A stretch of 64,000 nucleotides of DNA from Myxococcaceae bacterium (GTDB lineage: Bacteria; Myxococcota; Myxococcia; Myxococcales; Myxococcaceae): assembly GCA_047602415.1 (NCBI GenBank), contig JASGHH010000001.1, forward strand, positions 3,671,166 to 3,735,165, written 5' to 3'. The translations under genes were made by a program, and so were the position numbers. Below the pieces are notes generated by a model. That model was not told where the DNA came from. It worked only from the letters and a program-made list of their open reading frames with translations, and made no database searches. Positions 46,524 through 56,078 of this stretch are shown here, piece after piece; within the stretch, counting starts at the first letter, position 1; each line of letters begins with the position of its first letter.

Positions 46524-47267
46524 CTACTTCGTCTTCTTCGACTTTTTCTTCTTCTTCTTCTCGGGCGGCGGAGGCGGCGGATCCGGATCGGGCTCTGGAG
46601 CAGGCGCGGTCTCGACCACCGGCGGGTTCGCGGGAGGCAGCTCGGCCGCGTGGTACACGCCGTGCGCGTCTTTCTCGACGCCACGCTCGGCGACGATCAG
46701 CTCGATCGCCGGGCCGGCCGGAGCGCCCGGCGCCGTCTTCACCGGCTGGGTCTGATCGGTCGCCTTGCCGACGTCGTCACCCGCCAGCCTGAACTTCTCG
46801 ATCTCGGGCTGAGCGAAATGCCGTGCCTTGACGAAGAACCACTCGGGCACCGGCGCCGGCTTGTTCGCCGGAGGCAACGTGGTCCACCCGACGTACTCGC
46901 TCGAGGTCTTCCACTGCACCCAGGCCGGGCCCCACTCCTTGTCTTCGACCCAGAGCCAGTCGAGCGACTGCACGTGCACCCAGCGGCCGTAGTGAAAGAC
47001 GAGGTCGCCGAACTTGTAGTTCGAGTCGAATACCCAGCCCTTCTTCGGGTCGTACACCCACTGCCCGTTGGTGACGTAGGGCACGAAGTTCTTGCCCACG
47101 ATCTCCGGGTTCGGTGCCCAGACCTTTCCGTAGGGCTCTTCGATCAGCCACTGGCCGTAAGGCCGGAGCTCCTGGCGAAAGTCGATCTGTGGAGGAGGCG
47201 GCGGAGGCGGCGCGGTCTTGCAACCCGCGACGAGCAGCAACACGGCGAACAGCGGCCAGCGACACAT
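46524..47267 (-). CDS. Lipoprotein with poly-Pro N-terminal linker and C-terminal poly-Lys tail, hypothetical
   Basis: Lipobox LLVAGC. Ends EKKKKKKSKKTK. Confidence 0.6.
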   Translation of the reverse strand: MCRWPLFAVLLLVAGCKTAPPPPPPPQIDFRQELRPYGQWLIEEPYGKVWAPNPEIVGKNFVPYVTNGQWVYDPKKGWVFDSNYKFGDLVFHYGRWVHVQSLDWLWVEDKEWGPAWVQWKTSSEYVGWTTLPPANKPAPVPEWFFVKARHFAQPEIEKFRLAGDDVGKATDQTQPVKTAPGAPAGPAIELIVAERGVEKDAHGVYHAAELPPANPPVVETAPAPEPDPDPPPPPPEKKKKKKSKKTK

Positions 47268-47287
47268 GCGCCGACCCTAGCTCACCG

Positions 47288-48646
47288 TCACACAGCGGTG
47301 GAGTGCTTCGGCTTCGACTTCGCTTCGCGAAAGTACCGATCGAAGACCGCGGCCACGTTGCGCAGCAGCAACTGGCCCTCGGGGGTGACGCGAATGTGGC
47401 CTGGCTCCTTGCGAACGAGGCCGTCGCGCTCGAGACGTTCGAGGTCTTTCAGCTCGGTGGCGAACGTCTGCTCGAAGTCGACCTGGTGCTCCCGCGCCAA
47501 CGCGGAGGTGTCGAGGTCGAGCCGGCAGAACAACCGTTGAATCAGATCGCGGCGCAGATCGTCGTCGCGGGTCGGGTCCCAGCCGCGCTCGGTCGGGTAG
47601 TGGCCGCTCTCGAGCGCGAGCGCCCACTCGTAGACGCCCCGGGCGTTCTGAACGAACGCGCCACCGACCTCGGAGATCGCCGACGGCCCGAGCGCGATCA
47701 CGTCGGTCGCCGCGCAGGTGGTGTAGCCCATGAAGTTGCGCCGCAACGTGCCCTCATCGCGCGCCTTGCAGAGCTCGTCGGACTCGAGCGCGAAGTGGTC
47801 GAGGCCGATCGCGCGATAGCCGGCGTGGGTGAGCTCGTCGATCGCCCGCTCGAGAATCTTCAGCCGCAGCGGCACGTCCGGGCGATCCTGTTCAAGCATG
47901 CGGTGGTGCTTCTTCAGCGTCGGCATGTGCGCGTAGCCAAACAGCGCGATCCGGTCGGGGCGCAGCTGCTTCACCTTGTCGAGGGTGAGCTGAAAGCGCT
48001 CGGGCGTCTGGAGCGGCAGGCCGTACATCAGGTCGACGTTGACGCTCTGAAAGCCGAGCTCGCGCGCGAGCTGAATCAGGTGCGCGGTCTGCTCGAACGG
48101 CTGCGGCCGGTTGATGCGCTGCTGCACCTCGGGATCGAAGTCTTGAACGCCCATCGAGAGACGATTGAAGCCGAGGCGCCGCAGCGTGCGGAGCTGACCG
48201 TCGGTGGTGACCGGCGGGTGAATCTCGATCGACGCCTCGAGCTCGTCGGCGAAGTCGTAGTGCTTGCGGAGCGCGCCGATCAGCCGCTCGAGCTGCGCCT
48301 CGTCGAGGTGCGTGGGGGTGCCTCCGCCGAGGTGCAGCTGAACCACCTTCGGGCGGCCGTTGATCTGCTTCGAGACGTACTCGGCCTCGAGCTCGATCGC
48401 GCGGAGGTAGCGCTCCACCCGCTGGTCCGAGTGGTTCACCATCATGTTGCAGCCGCAGTAGAAGCAGAGCTTCTCGCAGAACGGCACGTGCACGTAGAGC
48501 GAGAGCGGCTGCGCGCCGGCGCGCTTGAACGCCTTCTTCGCGAAGTTCTCATCGGCCGGGGTCCAGAGGTTGGCCGAGGGGTAGCTGGTGTACCGGGGAA
48601 CGGCTGCGGTGCCGTAGGTGGCGAGAAGGTCGGGTCGGAGGTTCAT
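47288..48646 (-). CDS. hemN: Oxygen-independent coproporphyrinogen III oxidase (radical SAM HemN family)
   Basis: CxxxCxxC (CEKLCFYC), HemN-specific motifs, about 450 aa. Start at MNLRPDLL. Confidence 0.85.
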   Translation of the reverse strand: MNLRPDLLATYGTAAVPRYTSYPSANLWTPADENFAKKAFKRAGAQPLSLYVHVPFCEKLCFYCGCNMMVNHSDQRVERYLRAIELEAEYVSKQINGRPKVVQLHLGGGTPTHLDEAQLERLIGALRKHYDFADELEASIEIHPPVTTDGQLRTLRRLGFNRLSMGVQDFDPEVQQRINRPQPFEQTAHLIQLARELGFQSVNVDLMYGLPLQTPERFQLTLDKVKQLRPDRIALFGYAHMPTLKKHHRMLEQDRPDVPLRLKILERAIDELTHAGYRAIGLDHFALESDELCKARDEGTLRRNFMGYTTCAATDVIALGPSAISEVGGAFVQNARGVYEWALALESGHYPTERGWDPTRDDDLRRDLIQRLFCRLDLDTSALAREHQVDFEQTFATELKDLERLERDGLVRKEPGHIRVTPEGQLLLRNVAAVFDRYFREAKSKPKHSTAV

Positions 48647-48760
48647 GTCGGGCCTGTGCACCGGAGTTGTGCAACCCGTGCGCCTGCGGATCACCCGTCA
48701 CTGGGCGCAAATCGTGCGCGAGAGGCAGGTCGGCGGATTGGACGCGCAAAATGCGCGCGG

Positions 48761-49696
48761 TCATGGGCTGAGGAGAACAAACGCCCAAACAACCGCACTG
48801 AGGATCCCGACGAACGACAGGTAGTACGCCCGGTCGGCTTCAACCTTGCGACCCGAAGGCGGGTTGCCCAGCGGGTCGACGGCGCGGCGAGCGGCGCGCG
48901 CGACGAAGTGCGCCGGCAGCGAGAACGCCGGCATCAACACGCCCCAGAGCGCCAGCATCATCGCGACGTTCGCCAGCGGGTTGTTACCGTAGGCGAGGTA
49001 GTCGACCACCAGCTTCTCGCGCGACACCGAGCCGCCGAAGAACAGCGTGGCGCGCGTGGAGCCCACGAACACCAGCATCAGCACCGCGAGTAGGAGAAGG
49101 CTCACGGTCAATCCCAGCTCGGTTCCCCTGGAGTCCGAGCCCGAAGCACCCACCAGGCCGATGAAGGTCACCAGCATGCTGGCGACGTTCAGCGCCGGCA
49201 GCACCCACCTGACACGCGCGGCGCGACGCACATACAGCACCGCGCTCGCGATCGAGCCGACGCCGCACAGCGCGCCGAACACCAGCGCCACCTGTGCCGG
49301 GCGTGGCATCGCTTGATGCGGCAACGTCACCGACAAGATCGCAATCGACGCCAGACCGACCAGCACCGACGTGGCGACGACCCACACCACGCCGCCGCTC
49401 AGCTTGCCCACCCGGCTGCGCCGGTAGATCTCGAGCCACTCGACGTCGGGCAGCTCGCAGCACTTCGGGCACCACGCCTTGCGGTCGTAGACGATCAGCT
49501 CCGCACGGCAGACGAAGCCGCCGCACCGCGCGCAGATGCCGACCGCGGCGCGATCCGAGTGAGCCGCGCAGGTCGCTCCGAGCGGCGCCCGCGCTTCAGG
49601 CAGCAGCGCCTCGATCGCGACATCGGAGCTCACGCTCCAAACGGTACTACTTCGCGCGCATCCGGTTGTTCTTGGGGTTGTGCTCGAGCTCAACAA
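48761..49696 (-). CDS. Membrane protein with N-terminal B-box-like zinc finger, hypothetical (start uncertain: ATG 49696 or GTG 49633)
   Basis: CAAHSDRAAVGICARCGGFVC...CPKCC, then about 6 TM helices. Confidence 0.5.
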   Translation of the reverse strand: MLSSSTTPRTTGCARSSTVWSVSSDVAIEALLPEARAPLGATCAAHSDRAAVGICARCGGFVCRAELIVYDRKAWCPKCCELPDVEWLEIYRRSRVGKLSGGVVWVVATSVLVGLASIAILSVTLPHQAMPRPAQVALVFGALCGVGSIASAVLYVRRAARVRWVLPALNVASMLVTFIGLVGASGSDSRGTELGLTVSLLLLAVLMLVFVGSTRATLFFGGSVSREKLVVDYLAYGNNPLANVAMMLALWGVLMPAFSLPAHFVARAARRAVDPLGNPPSGRKVEADRAYYLSFVGILSAVVWAFVLLSP

Positions 49697-50060
49697 GCCC
49701 CAACAGCTCCATCACCGGTGGCACGTACATGCCGAACCGGCCGCGAAAGCCCTTCTTCAACCCGTACCAACCCTTCACCGGGTTCTTCGCCGAGCGGCCC
49801 CACGCTTCGACCGTGCCTTCGGCGGCGTCCTTCTTCTCGTCGGCGGCGCCGAGCAGCATCCAGTCGCCGTGCTTCTTCAGCATCGCGTGAAGATCGTCGA
49901 GGCAGCGCAGCTGGTAGCTGAGCACCGTGGTGCCCACCTTGCAGACCAGCGCAGGCGGGTCGAGCGTCTCGTCTTTCCACACCAGGTAGTCCGACGTGCC
50001 GGGAGGCGTCTTCAGCTCCCACGGGCTCTCTTTGGTTCCTTTGCCTTTGGCTTTGGCCAT
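49647..50060 (-). CDS. Small basic hypothetical protein (MAKAKGKG...)
   Basis: 137 aa. Divergent from the HxlR regulator gene. Confidence 0.5.
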   Translation of the reverse strand: MAKAKGKGTKESPWELKTPPGTSDYLVWKDETLDPPALVCKVGTTVLSYQLRCLDDLHAMLKKHGDWMLLGAADEKKDAAEGTVEAWGRSAKNPVKGWYGLKKGFRGRFGMYVPPVMELLGLVELEHNPKNNRMRAK

Positions 50061-50125
50061 GGGGGATTCGTAGGCCGGCAGACCGCCTGATTCAACGAAC
50101 CTTCAGGTGCGCTAGAAAGGAGCCG

Positions 50126-50515
50126 ATGCTCGACGACTCCAGCGAGAACGTTCCGGCGGCGCCGGCGGTGGTGGAAGCGAAGTCCAACCCGGTGACCTGC
50201 CCGGTCGAGTTCACGGTGCGGCTGATCGGCGGCAAGTGGAAGCTGCTCGTGTTGCGCGCGCTGCTGTTCCACACCCGGCTTCGTTACAACCAGCTGCTGT
50301 CGACGATTCGCGGCATGAGCCCCAAGGAGCTCACCCGAAACCTGCGCGAGCTCGAGGAGTCGGGCCTGGTGCAGCACGAAGGCTCGGCCGCCGAGCAGCA
50401 CGTGGAGTACGCCCTCACGCCGCTCGGCGCCGAGCTGATGCCCGCGTTTCAAAGCCTCGCCCCGGTGGGCACCAAGCTGATGGAAGCCTTGGGGCCCGAC
50501 CGGGAGTGCGAGTAG
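50126..50515 (+). CDS. HxlR-family winged-helix transcriptional regulator
   Basis: CPVEFTVRLIGGKWKLLVLRAL signature. Confidence 0.8.
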   Translation: MLDDSSENVPAAPAVVEAKSNPVTCPVEFTVRLIGGKWKLLVLRALLFHTRLRYNQLLSTIRGMSPKELTRNLRELEESGLVQHEGSAAEQHVEYALTPLGAELMPAFQSLAPVGTKLMEALGPDRECE

Positions 50516-50518
50516 CCG

Positions 50519-51310
50519 CTACTTCTGCAGCGTCGAGAGCCCCTGCTCCGCCGGCTGCGTGGTGACCTCGCGGTAGCTCAAGGTGTTGCCGCTCACGCAG
50601 TAGTCGTAGTCGCGCTCGGCGTTGGTGCCGGGGTCGGTGGTGATGCGCGTGCCCACTGCGGTGTACGCCGCGTTGTCGGTGTTCACGAAGTCGTAGACGA
50701 ACGCGCAGTCGCAGGAGCTGGTGCCGGTGCAGCTGATCGAGGTGAAGCCGTGCGACAGCGTCTGCTGAATCGCGGCGCAGCCGGCGAGCGTGCACTGGCC
50801 CGCGAGCGTCATCGTGCCCGCGAGGTGGAGGTGCACGTTGCGGTGGACGGTGGCCGCGTCGAAGTCGACTCCGCCCTGCTGCGTGCCCGACAGGTTCGAG
50901 AAGGTCGAGCCCGGGCATTGCGCCTGGAGATCGGGGAACAGCTGCGAGGAGTCGATGCAGACGTTGGTGAACGCCCAGTTGCCGGCCACCGCGCCGCCGC
51001 AGGGCGTGAAGCTCGGGCAGCTGTTCGAGAAGGTGATCGCGATCGGAGTGCCGCCTCCGCCGCCCGCTCCGCCGCCGGTTGCGCTGCCACCGCCGGTTGC
51101 TGAGCCTCCACCGGTCGCGCTGCCACCACCGGTCGCGCTGCCACCACCGGTCGCGCTGCCACCACCAGTCGCGCTGCCTCCGCCGACGGCCGAGCCACCG
51201 CCGACAGCTGAACCTCCGCCTGCTCCTCCGCCGGTGTTGCCGTTCACGCTGCCGCAGCTGAACGAGGCCGTAACTGCCACTGCGATCACTGCCGAAATGA
51301 GTGTGCGCAT
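50519..51310 (-). CDS. Lipoprotein with GGGSAT/GGGSAV linker and Cys-rich C-terminal domain
   Basis: Lipobox ASFSC. 10x GGGSA(T/V). Third GGGSAT-linker protein in the window. Confidence 0.65.
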   Translation of the reverse strand: MRTLISAVIAVAVTASFSCGSVNGNTGGGAGGGSAVGGGSAVGGGSATGGGSATGGGSATGGGSATGGGSATGGGSATGGGAGGGGGTPIAITFSNSCPSFTPCGGAVAGNWAFTNVCIDSSQLFPDLQAQCPGSTFSNLSGTQQGGVDFDAATVHRNVHLHLAGTMTLAGQCTLAGCAAIQQTLSHGFTSISCTGTSSCDCAFVYDFVNTDNAAYTAVGTRITTDPGTNAERDYDYCVSGNTLSYREVTTQPAEQGLSTLQK

Positions 51311-51619
51311 CGTTTCCTTTCCAGGCGCCGGAAAATTCCCGCGTCGGAAAGCAGGTGCCGCCGTGTGCGCTGATGATCCTCAGCCGGGTTCGGCGCTGCA
51401 ACGGTGCGGATCAGCGTGCGCGGCGGTGCACCAGTGTCCTCGGGTTGGGACAGGCGGGAGGCGAGAACTGCATTGAGGGACGTGGCCGTTGAGGTCGGCG
51501 CGGTTGCCTCCGCCGCGACCGCCCGCGATCTCGCGACCAGCCGTTCGATGGGTCGTGAGCCTCTCGGCCGAGCTGCCGTTCGTCGCTCGAGACTCCGGCG
51601 CTCGGCCACTTTGCGCGGC

Positions 51620-51671
51620 GCTATCAAAGTGTCGGTGGATGGGCCGTTCCAACGTCCGACACTTTGATAGC
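51620..51671. repeat. Perfect 16-bp inverted repeat (gctatcaaagtgtcgg ... ccgacactttgatagc) with 20-nt spacer in a 410-bp intergenic region
   Basis: Read directly. About 50 nt downstream of the minus-strand lipoprotein gene stop, with no U-tract after it. Confidence 0.5.
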
Positions 51672-51724
51672 AGCTCGACAACAGGGTCGGCGGCGCGCAC
51701 GAAGTGTGTCGTCGCGGAGCCGCG

Positions 51725-52465
51725 CTATTCGATGCCGTCGAGGCCGAGCTCTTTGTGCATCCGGAGCCCGAGCTGCGCGGTCGCGTCCTTGTAGAGCGCG
51801 TTCTTCGCAGGGTCGGTCTCTTTGTTCTCGATGCGCCGGCTGATCTCTTTGCCGGTCCGCCGGTTCTTGGTGATCACCAGCCACTGCTCGGTGTGCTGCC
51901 CTTCGAGACTGGGGTCGCCGGAGGGCGTGAACGTTCCGCGACAGACGATCGAAGGCTTCGCCGGGGCGAGATCGACGAGAAAGTAGTCGAGGTTCTGCGC
52001 ACGCTCGCGAACGAGCACCACGTTCTGCACTTTGAGGCCTCTCTTCACGCCGTCGGTGAAGTCGTCCTGAGCCGTGTCACGGAGCATGTAGTCCGCGTAG
52101 AACCCGGCGGTGCCACGCATCACCCGCGCGAACGGGTTGGTCGCGAAGTAGAGGTTGAGCGACTCGTCTTTCGCATCGTCGGTGGCAGCCGCGCCTCCAC
52201 GCTTTGCCTCCTGAAGCATCATGAAGTCGGTGTCGTGGGCGTCGCTCGACGGGTCGAAGGTCAGCTTCTTCGGAGACGCGCAGGCCGCAGATGCCGCGGG
52301 GGCCGGCTCGGCGTCGACCAACTTCGCGGCGGTGACCAACTTTGCCCGCAGCACGTCAGCCGCGGGCTTGGCATCGGCGTAAACCTGCTTCTGTGTCTTA
52401 CCGCACGCGGCAACCAAGACGGACACCAGCAACAACCAACCAAGACGAGAGGGGGTCGAGGCCAT
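51725..52465 (-). CDS. Lipoprotein, hypothetical
   Basis: Start at MASTPSRLGWLLLVSVLVAAC (lipobox). Upstream extension rejected. Confidence 0.55.
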   Translation of the reverse strand: MASTPSRLGWLLLVSVLVAACGKTQKQVYADAKPAADVLRAKLVTAAKLVDAEPAPAASAACASPKKLTFDPSSDAHDTDFMMLQEAKRGGAAATDDAKDESLNLYFATNPFARVMRGTAGFYADYMLRDTAQDDFTDGVKRGLKVQNVVLVRERAQNLDYFLVDLAPAKPSIVCRGTFTPSGDPSLEGQHTEQWLVITKNRRTGKEISRRIENKETDPAKNALYKDATAQLGLRMHKELGLDGIE

Positions 52466-52506
52466 TCGCCGACGATAGACGACATCGGCTCCGATCAGGC
52501 GATCCG

Positions 52507-53244
52507 CTATTTGACCGAAACGGGCACGAAGCCGCGCTTGGACAACTCGTCGAGACGTTTCAGCACGGGTTGCTGCGGACATTCCTTGATCATCCGGCGC
52601 AGCTCGGCAAAACCGCCATCGAATCGTTGGGCGTAGTCGACGAAGTTTGTCTGAAGCGCCTGCCGAATCTGCGCGTGGCTCTGTGCTCTTTGTCCGGCTG
52701 TCAGCCTCGACGACTTGATGACTTCTGACTGGGTCTTGACCGTGGCGTCGTACTGGTCGAGCTCCTCAGCGACGTGCTTCATCACCTCGTTGGAACACGA
52801 GTACCCGCTCTGAGTGAGCATCAGTAGGGCCATTCTGACCGTGTGGATTCGCTCGACGTTCAGCGCGCAGATCGCCCATTCGAATTGAAGTCGAGGGACG
52901 TCGGCCTTCGCGAGACACACGCATCGAAACCCTTCGTGCGACGTCGCTCCACAGTCCAGCTGCTCGAGGTCGCTCATCACCAACGACTCACTCCCGTCGT
53001 CGCGGTAGACGTCTCTCAGACGCACGGTGCAACCATCGACGGAGTTCGTCGCGTCGAGGCCATACCCTCCGCCGTCGGCTGCGACGTAGACGCCATGTTC
53101 CTCGAGGAGATTCGTGCATCGCTCGGTCAGCGGCACGAGCTCGAACCGAACCGGCGTGTCAGGTTCTGTCCATCGCTCGGGTGCAGACTTTTTCGGGGTC
53201 CCGGTGAGCAGACCGAGCACGACAATCGAGAGCGCGAGCTTCAT
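52507..53244 (-). CDS. Secreted hypothetical protein with noticeably lower GC3 than its neighbours; ATGA-coupled to the acyl-CoA dehydrogenase
   Basis: Signal peptide MKLALSIVVLGLLTG. Codons such as tct, aaa, aga and aca are frequent. Confidence 0.55.
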   Translation of the reverse strand: MKLALSIVVLGLLTGTPKKSAPERWTEPDTPVRFELVPLTERCTNLLEEHGVYVAADGGGYGLDATNSVDGCTVRLRDVYRDDGSESLVMSDLEQLDCGATSHEGFRCVCLAKADVPRLQFEWAICALNVERIHTVRMALLMLTQSGYSCSNEVMKHVAEELDQYDATVKTQSEVIKSSRLTAGQRAQSHAQIRQALQTNFVDYAQRFDGGFAELRRMIKECPQQPVLKRLDELSKRGFVPVSVK

Positions 53245-54353
53245 TTCAGCAGGTGCCGCGCGATCACCAGGCGCTGCACTTCACTCGCGCCCTCGTAGAT
53301 GCGCAGCGCGCGAATGTCGCGGTACAGCCGCTCGGGCACCGAGTCTTTCACCACTCCGTTGCCACCGTGGATCTGCACGCAGCGATCGATCACCCGCTGT
53401 GCCGCCTCGGTGGCGAACAGCTTGCCGACCGCTGCCTCGTAGGTCACCCGCTCTTGCCCGGAATCTTTCACTGCCGCTGCCTGGTGCACCAACAGCCGCG
53501 CCGCCTCGAGGTCGACCGCGCTCTCCGCGATCATCGCCTGCACCGCCGGCAAGTCCGCCAGCGGAGCACCGAACTGCTTGCGGCGCTTGGCGTACGTGAT
53601 CGACTCCTCCAGCGCGCGTCGCGCCATGCCCACCGCTGCAGCGCCAACGGTCGAACGGAAAACATCGAGCGTCGACAGCGCCAGCTTCATGCCCGCGCCG
53701 AGCTCACCGATGCGCGCCGAACTCGGCACCCGGCAGCCCTCGAACCCCAGCTCGCCGATGGGGTGATCGCCGGTCATCTCCATCTTGGTGAACGTCATGC
53801 CCGGCGCCTTCGCCGGCACCAGAAACGCGCTGATGCCTTTTGTGCCTTCACCGGTGCGCGCGAACACCGTGTAGTGCGTCGCCACTCCGGCATTCGAGAT
53901 GAACCGCTTGCGGCCATCCAACACCCAGCCGTCACCGTCGGCCCGCGCGCGCGTCGACAGCGCCGCCACGTCGGAGCCCGCCTCCGGTTCGGTCAGGGCG
54001 AACGCGAACAACGCCGCACCCGACGCCACCTTCGGCAACAGCTCGCGCTTCTGCTCCTCACTGCCCGCCAGCAACACGGGATGAGAGCCGAGGCCCTGCA
54101 CCGCGAAGACGGAGTCCGCCGCCGCGTTCACCGCCGCGATCTCTTCGCGAATCACGCACAGCGAGCGCACGTCGACCGCGTCGAGCGCGCCGCCGAACGC
54201 CTTCGGCACCAGGTACGGGTAGAAGCCCAGCCCCGCCACCTTGCAGGTGAGCGTGGCGTAGTCCATCGCCGGCCCGTGCGGCTCCAGCTTCGCCGCGTCG
54301 GCCTTCACCTTCGCCGCGAGCGCGCGGTGCGTCTCGGTCAGCAGCAGGCTCAT
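53241..54353 (-). CDS. Acyl-CoA dehydrogenase
   Basis: ACAD fold motifs (GSEEQK, TEPEAGSD, YEGASE). ATGA overlap with the upstream hydratase stop. Confidence 0.85.
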   Translation of the reverse strand: MSLLLTETHRALAAKVKADAAKLEPHGPAMDYATLTCKVAGLGFYPYLVPKAFGGALDAVDVRSLCVIREEIAAVNAAADSVFAVQGLGSHPVLLAGSEEQKRELLPKVASGAALFAFALTEPEAGSDVAALSTRARADGDGWVLDGRKRFISNAGVATHYTVFARTGEGTKGISAFLVPAKAPGMTFTKMEMTGDHPIGELGFEGCRVPSSARIGELGAGMKLALSTLDVFRSTVGAAAVGMARRALEESITYAKRRKQFGAPLADLPAVQAMIAESAVDLEAARLLVHQAAAVKDSGQERVTYEAAVGKLFATEAAQRVIDRCVQIHGGNGVVKDSVPERLYRDIRALRIYEGASEVQRLVIARHLLK

Positions 54354-55147
54354 CGTCCCGTGAACTGCGCCGGCCGCTTGGCGGTGAACGCCTCGTACGC
54401 CTCGCGGAAGTCCTTGGTCAGCATGCACACCGCTTGCGCGCGCGCTTCGTTGTCGAGCGCCCCGTTCAAGTCCTGGTTGAGCTCGCCGTTGAGCAGCTCT
54501 TTGGTCATGCCCAGCGCGAACGTCGGCCCCTGCGACAGCCGCTTCGCCCACGCGAACGACTCCTCGAACACCTTCTCGGGCGCCACTACCTTGTTGAACA
54601 ACCCGAAGCGCTCGGCCGTTACCGCGTCGACGGTGTCGCCGAAGTAGAGCCACTCGGTCGCCTTCGACAGCCCCACCACCTTCGGCAACAGATACGCCGC
54701 GCCCATGTCGGCGCCCGCCAGGCCCACCTTCACGAACAGGAACGCGATCTTCGCCTTCTCGCTCGCCACCCGGAGGTCTGACGCCAGCGCGATCACCGCG
54801 CCCGCACCCGCCGCGGTGCCGTTCAGCCCCGCGATGATCGGCTTGCGCAGCGCCCGCATGTTCTTGATCAGGTCGCACGTCATGCGGGTGAACTCGACCA
54901 GCCCCGGCATGTCGCGGCTGAACAGCTCCCCGATGATGGAGTTCACGTCGCCGCCCGAGCAGAAGCCTTTGCCCTCTCCGGTCACCACCACCGACTTCAC
55001 TTCGGGCGTTTTCTCGAGCGTCGAGAAAAGGTCGGTCAGCTCCCGGTACACCTCGAAAGTCAATGAGTTGAGGGTGTCAGGGCGGGAAAAAGTCACTACA
55101 CCCACACCTTCTCGAATCTCGAACCGAAAACTCTTCGGGCTGATCAT
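54350..55147 (-). CDS. Enoyl-CoA hydratase/isomerase (crotonase family)
   Basis: Crotonase oxyanion-hole contexts (FCSGGD, GLNGTAAGAG). Confidence 0.85.
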   Translation of the reverse strand: MISPKSFRFEIREGVGVVTFSRPDTLNSLTFEVYRELTDLFSTLEKTPEVKSVVVTGEGKGFCSGGDVNSIIGELFSRDMPGLVEFTRMTCDLIKNMRALRKPIIAGLNGTAAGAGAVIALASDLRVASEKAKIAFLFVKVGLAGADMGAAYLLPKVVGLSKATEWLYFGDTVDAVTAERFGLFNKVVAPEKVFEESFAWAKRLSQGPTFALGMTKELLNGELNQDLNGALDNEARAQAVCMLTKDFREAYEAFTAKRPAQFTGR

Positions 55148-55204
55148 TGCGCCCTCTTAGCACCGCTGGTGTAATTCACCGCAGTCCCCCTTACCGGAGC
55201 GTTC

Positions 55205-55936
55205 ATGGGTCTGAAGATCGGCGACGCCATCAAGTCCTTCGAGAACAAGATCGAAGGCGGCGTGAAGAAGGTCGGCAGTGAGATCAAAGCCGAGGCCGGC
55301 AAGGTCGAAGCCGAAGTGAAGAAGGGCTGGGGCGCGGTCGGTGGCGCGGCGAAGAAGGTCGGCGACGGCTTCCAGGCGGCGGCGAAGTCCGCGGTCGAAG
55401 CGGTCGAGAACGGCGCGGCGGAGTCGATCGGCGTGGCCGAGCTCGCGGGCCTGCGGTACCCGGTCTCGCACTACGAGTCGAAGGTCGACGCCAACCTCAC
55501 CCGCGGCTCGCGCATCGAAGATCAGAAGGGCTACGACTCGCTCAAGCAGCAGGGCTTCAAGGGCATCGTCGACCTGACCCTCGAGGGCACCAACGACGCG
55601 AAGATGGCGCCCAAGGCGGGCCTCAACGCGCTCAACGTGAAGATCCTCGACAACTCCGCGCCCACCCAGGCGCAGATGAAGCAGTTCCTCGACTTCGCGA
55701 CCAACCCCAAGAACCAGCCCTGCTACGTGCACTGCGAAGCGGGCAAGGGCCGCACCGGCGTCGCGTCGGCGTGCTACCGCATGGCCGTCGATGGCTGGCC
55801 GCCCGAGAAGGCGATCGCCGAGGCGAAGAAGTTCGGCCTCGCGCTGCCCAACCAGACTCAGTTCCTCGAGCAGTTCGGCAAGGACCTGCAGGCGGGCAAG
55901 ATCTCCGGATACCCGAAGGTCGCTGCTGAGCAGTGA
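55205..55936 (+). CDS. Protein-tyrosine/dual-specificity phosphatase-like protein with N-terminal Lys/Ala/Glu-rich region
   Basis: CX5R P-loop VHCEAGKGRTG. Confidence 0.75.
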   Translation: MGLKIGDAIKSFENKIEGGVKKVGSEIKAEAGKVEAEVKKGWGAVGGAAKKVGDGFQAAAKSAVEAVENGAAESIGVAELAGLRYPVSHYESKVDANLTRGSRIEDQKGYDSLKQQGFKGIVDLTLEGTNDAKMAPKAGLNALNVKILDNSAPTQAQMKQFLDFATNPKNQPCYVHCEAGKGRTGVASACYRMAVDGWPPEKAIAEAKKFGLALPNQTQFLEQFGKDLQAGKISGYPKVAAEQ

Positions 55937-55944
55937 TCGCTTTT

Positions 55945-56000
55945 AGGGGCGGCTCCTTTTTCGACGCGTCTCTTTCAGGGGCGGCCCCTCTTTCGACGCG
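55945..56000 (+). repeat. Two 25-bp direct repeats (aggggcggcYcctYtttcgacgcgt) spaced 31 bp, immediately 3' of the phosphatase gene
   Basis: Read directly: 55945-55969 and 55976-56000. Confidence 0.4.
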
Positions 56001-56023
56001 TAGATAGGGCTGTCCCTCACCCG

Positions 56024-56064
56024 CGAGCGCCTATGGCGCTCGTCGGCCTCTCCCAAAGGAGAGG
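56024..56064. terminator. Cluster of hairpins (cgagcgcc-tat-ggcgctcg; cctctcc-caaa-ggagagg) in a convergent intergenic region; putative bidirectional terminators
   Basis: Perfect 8-bp and 7-bp inverted repeats. Confidence 0.45.
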
Positions 56065-56078
56065 GTCGTGCTCGGCGC

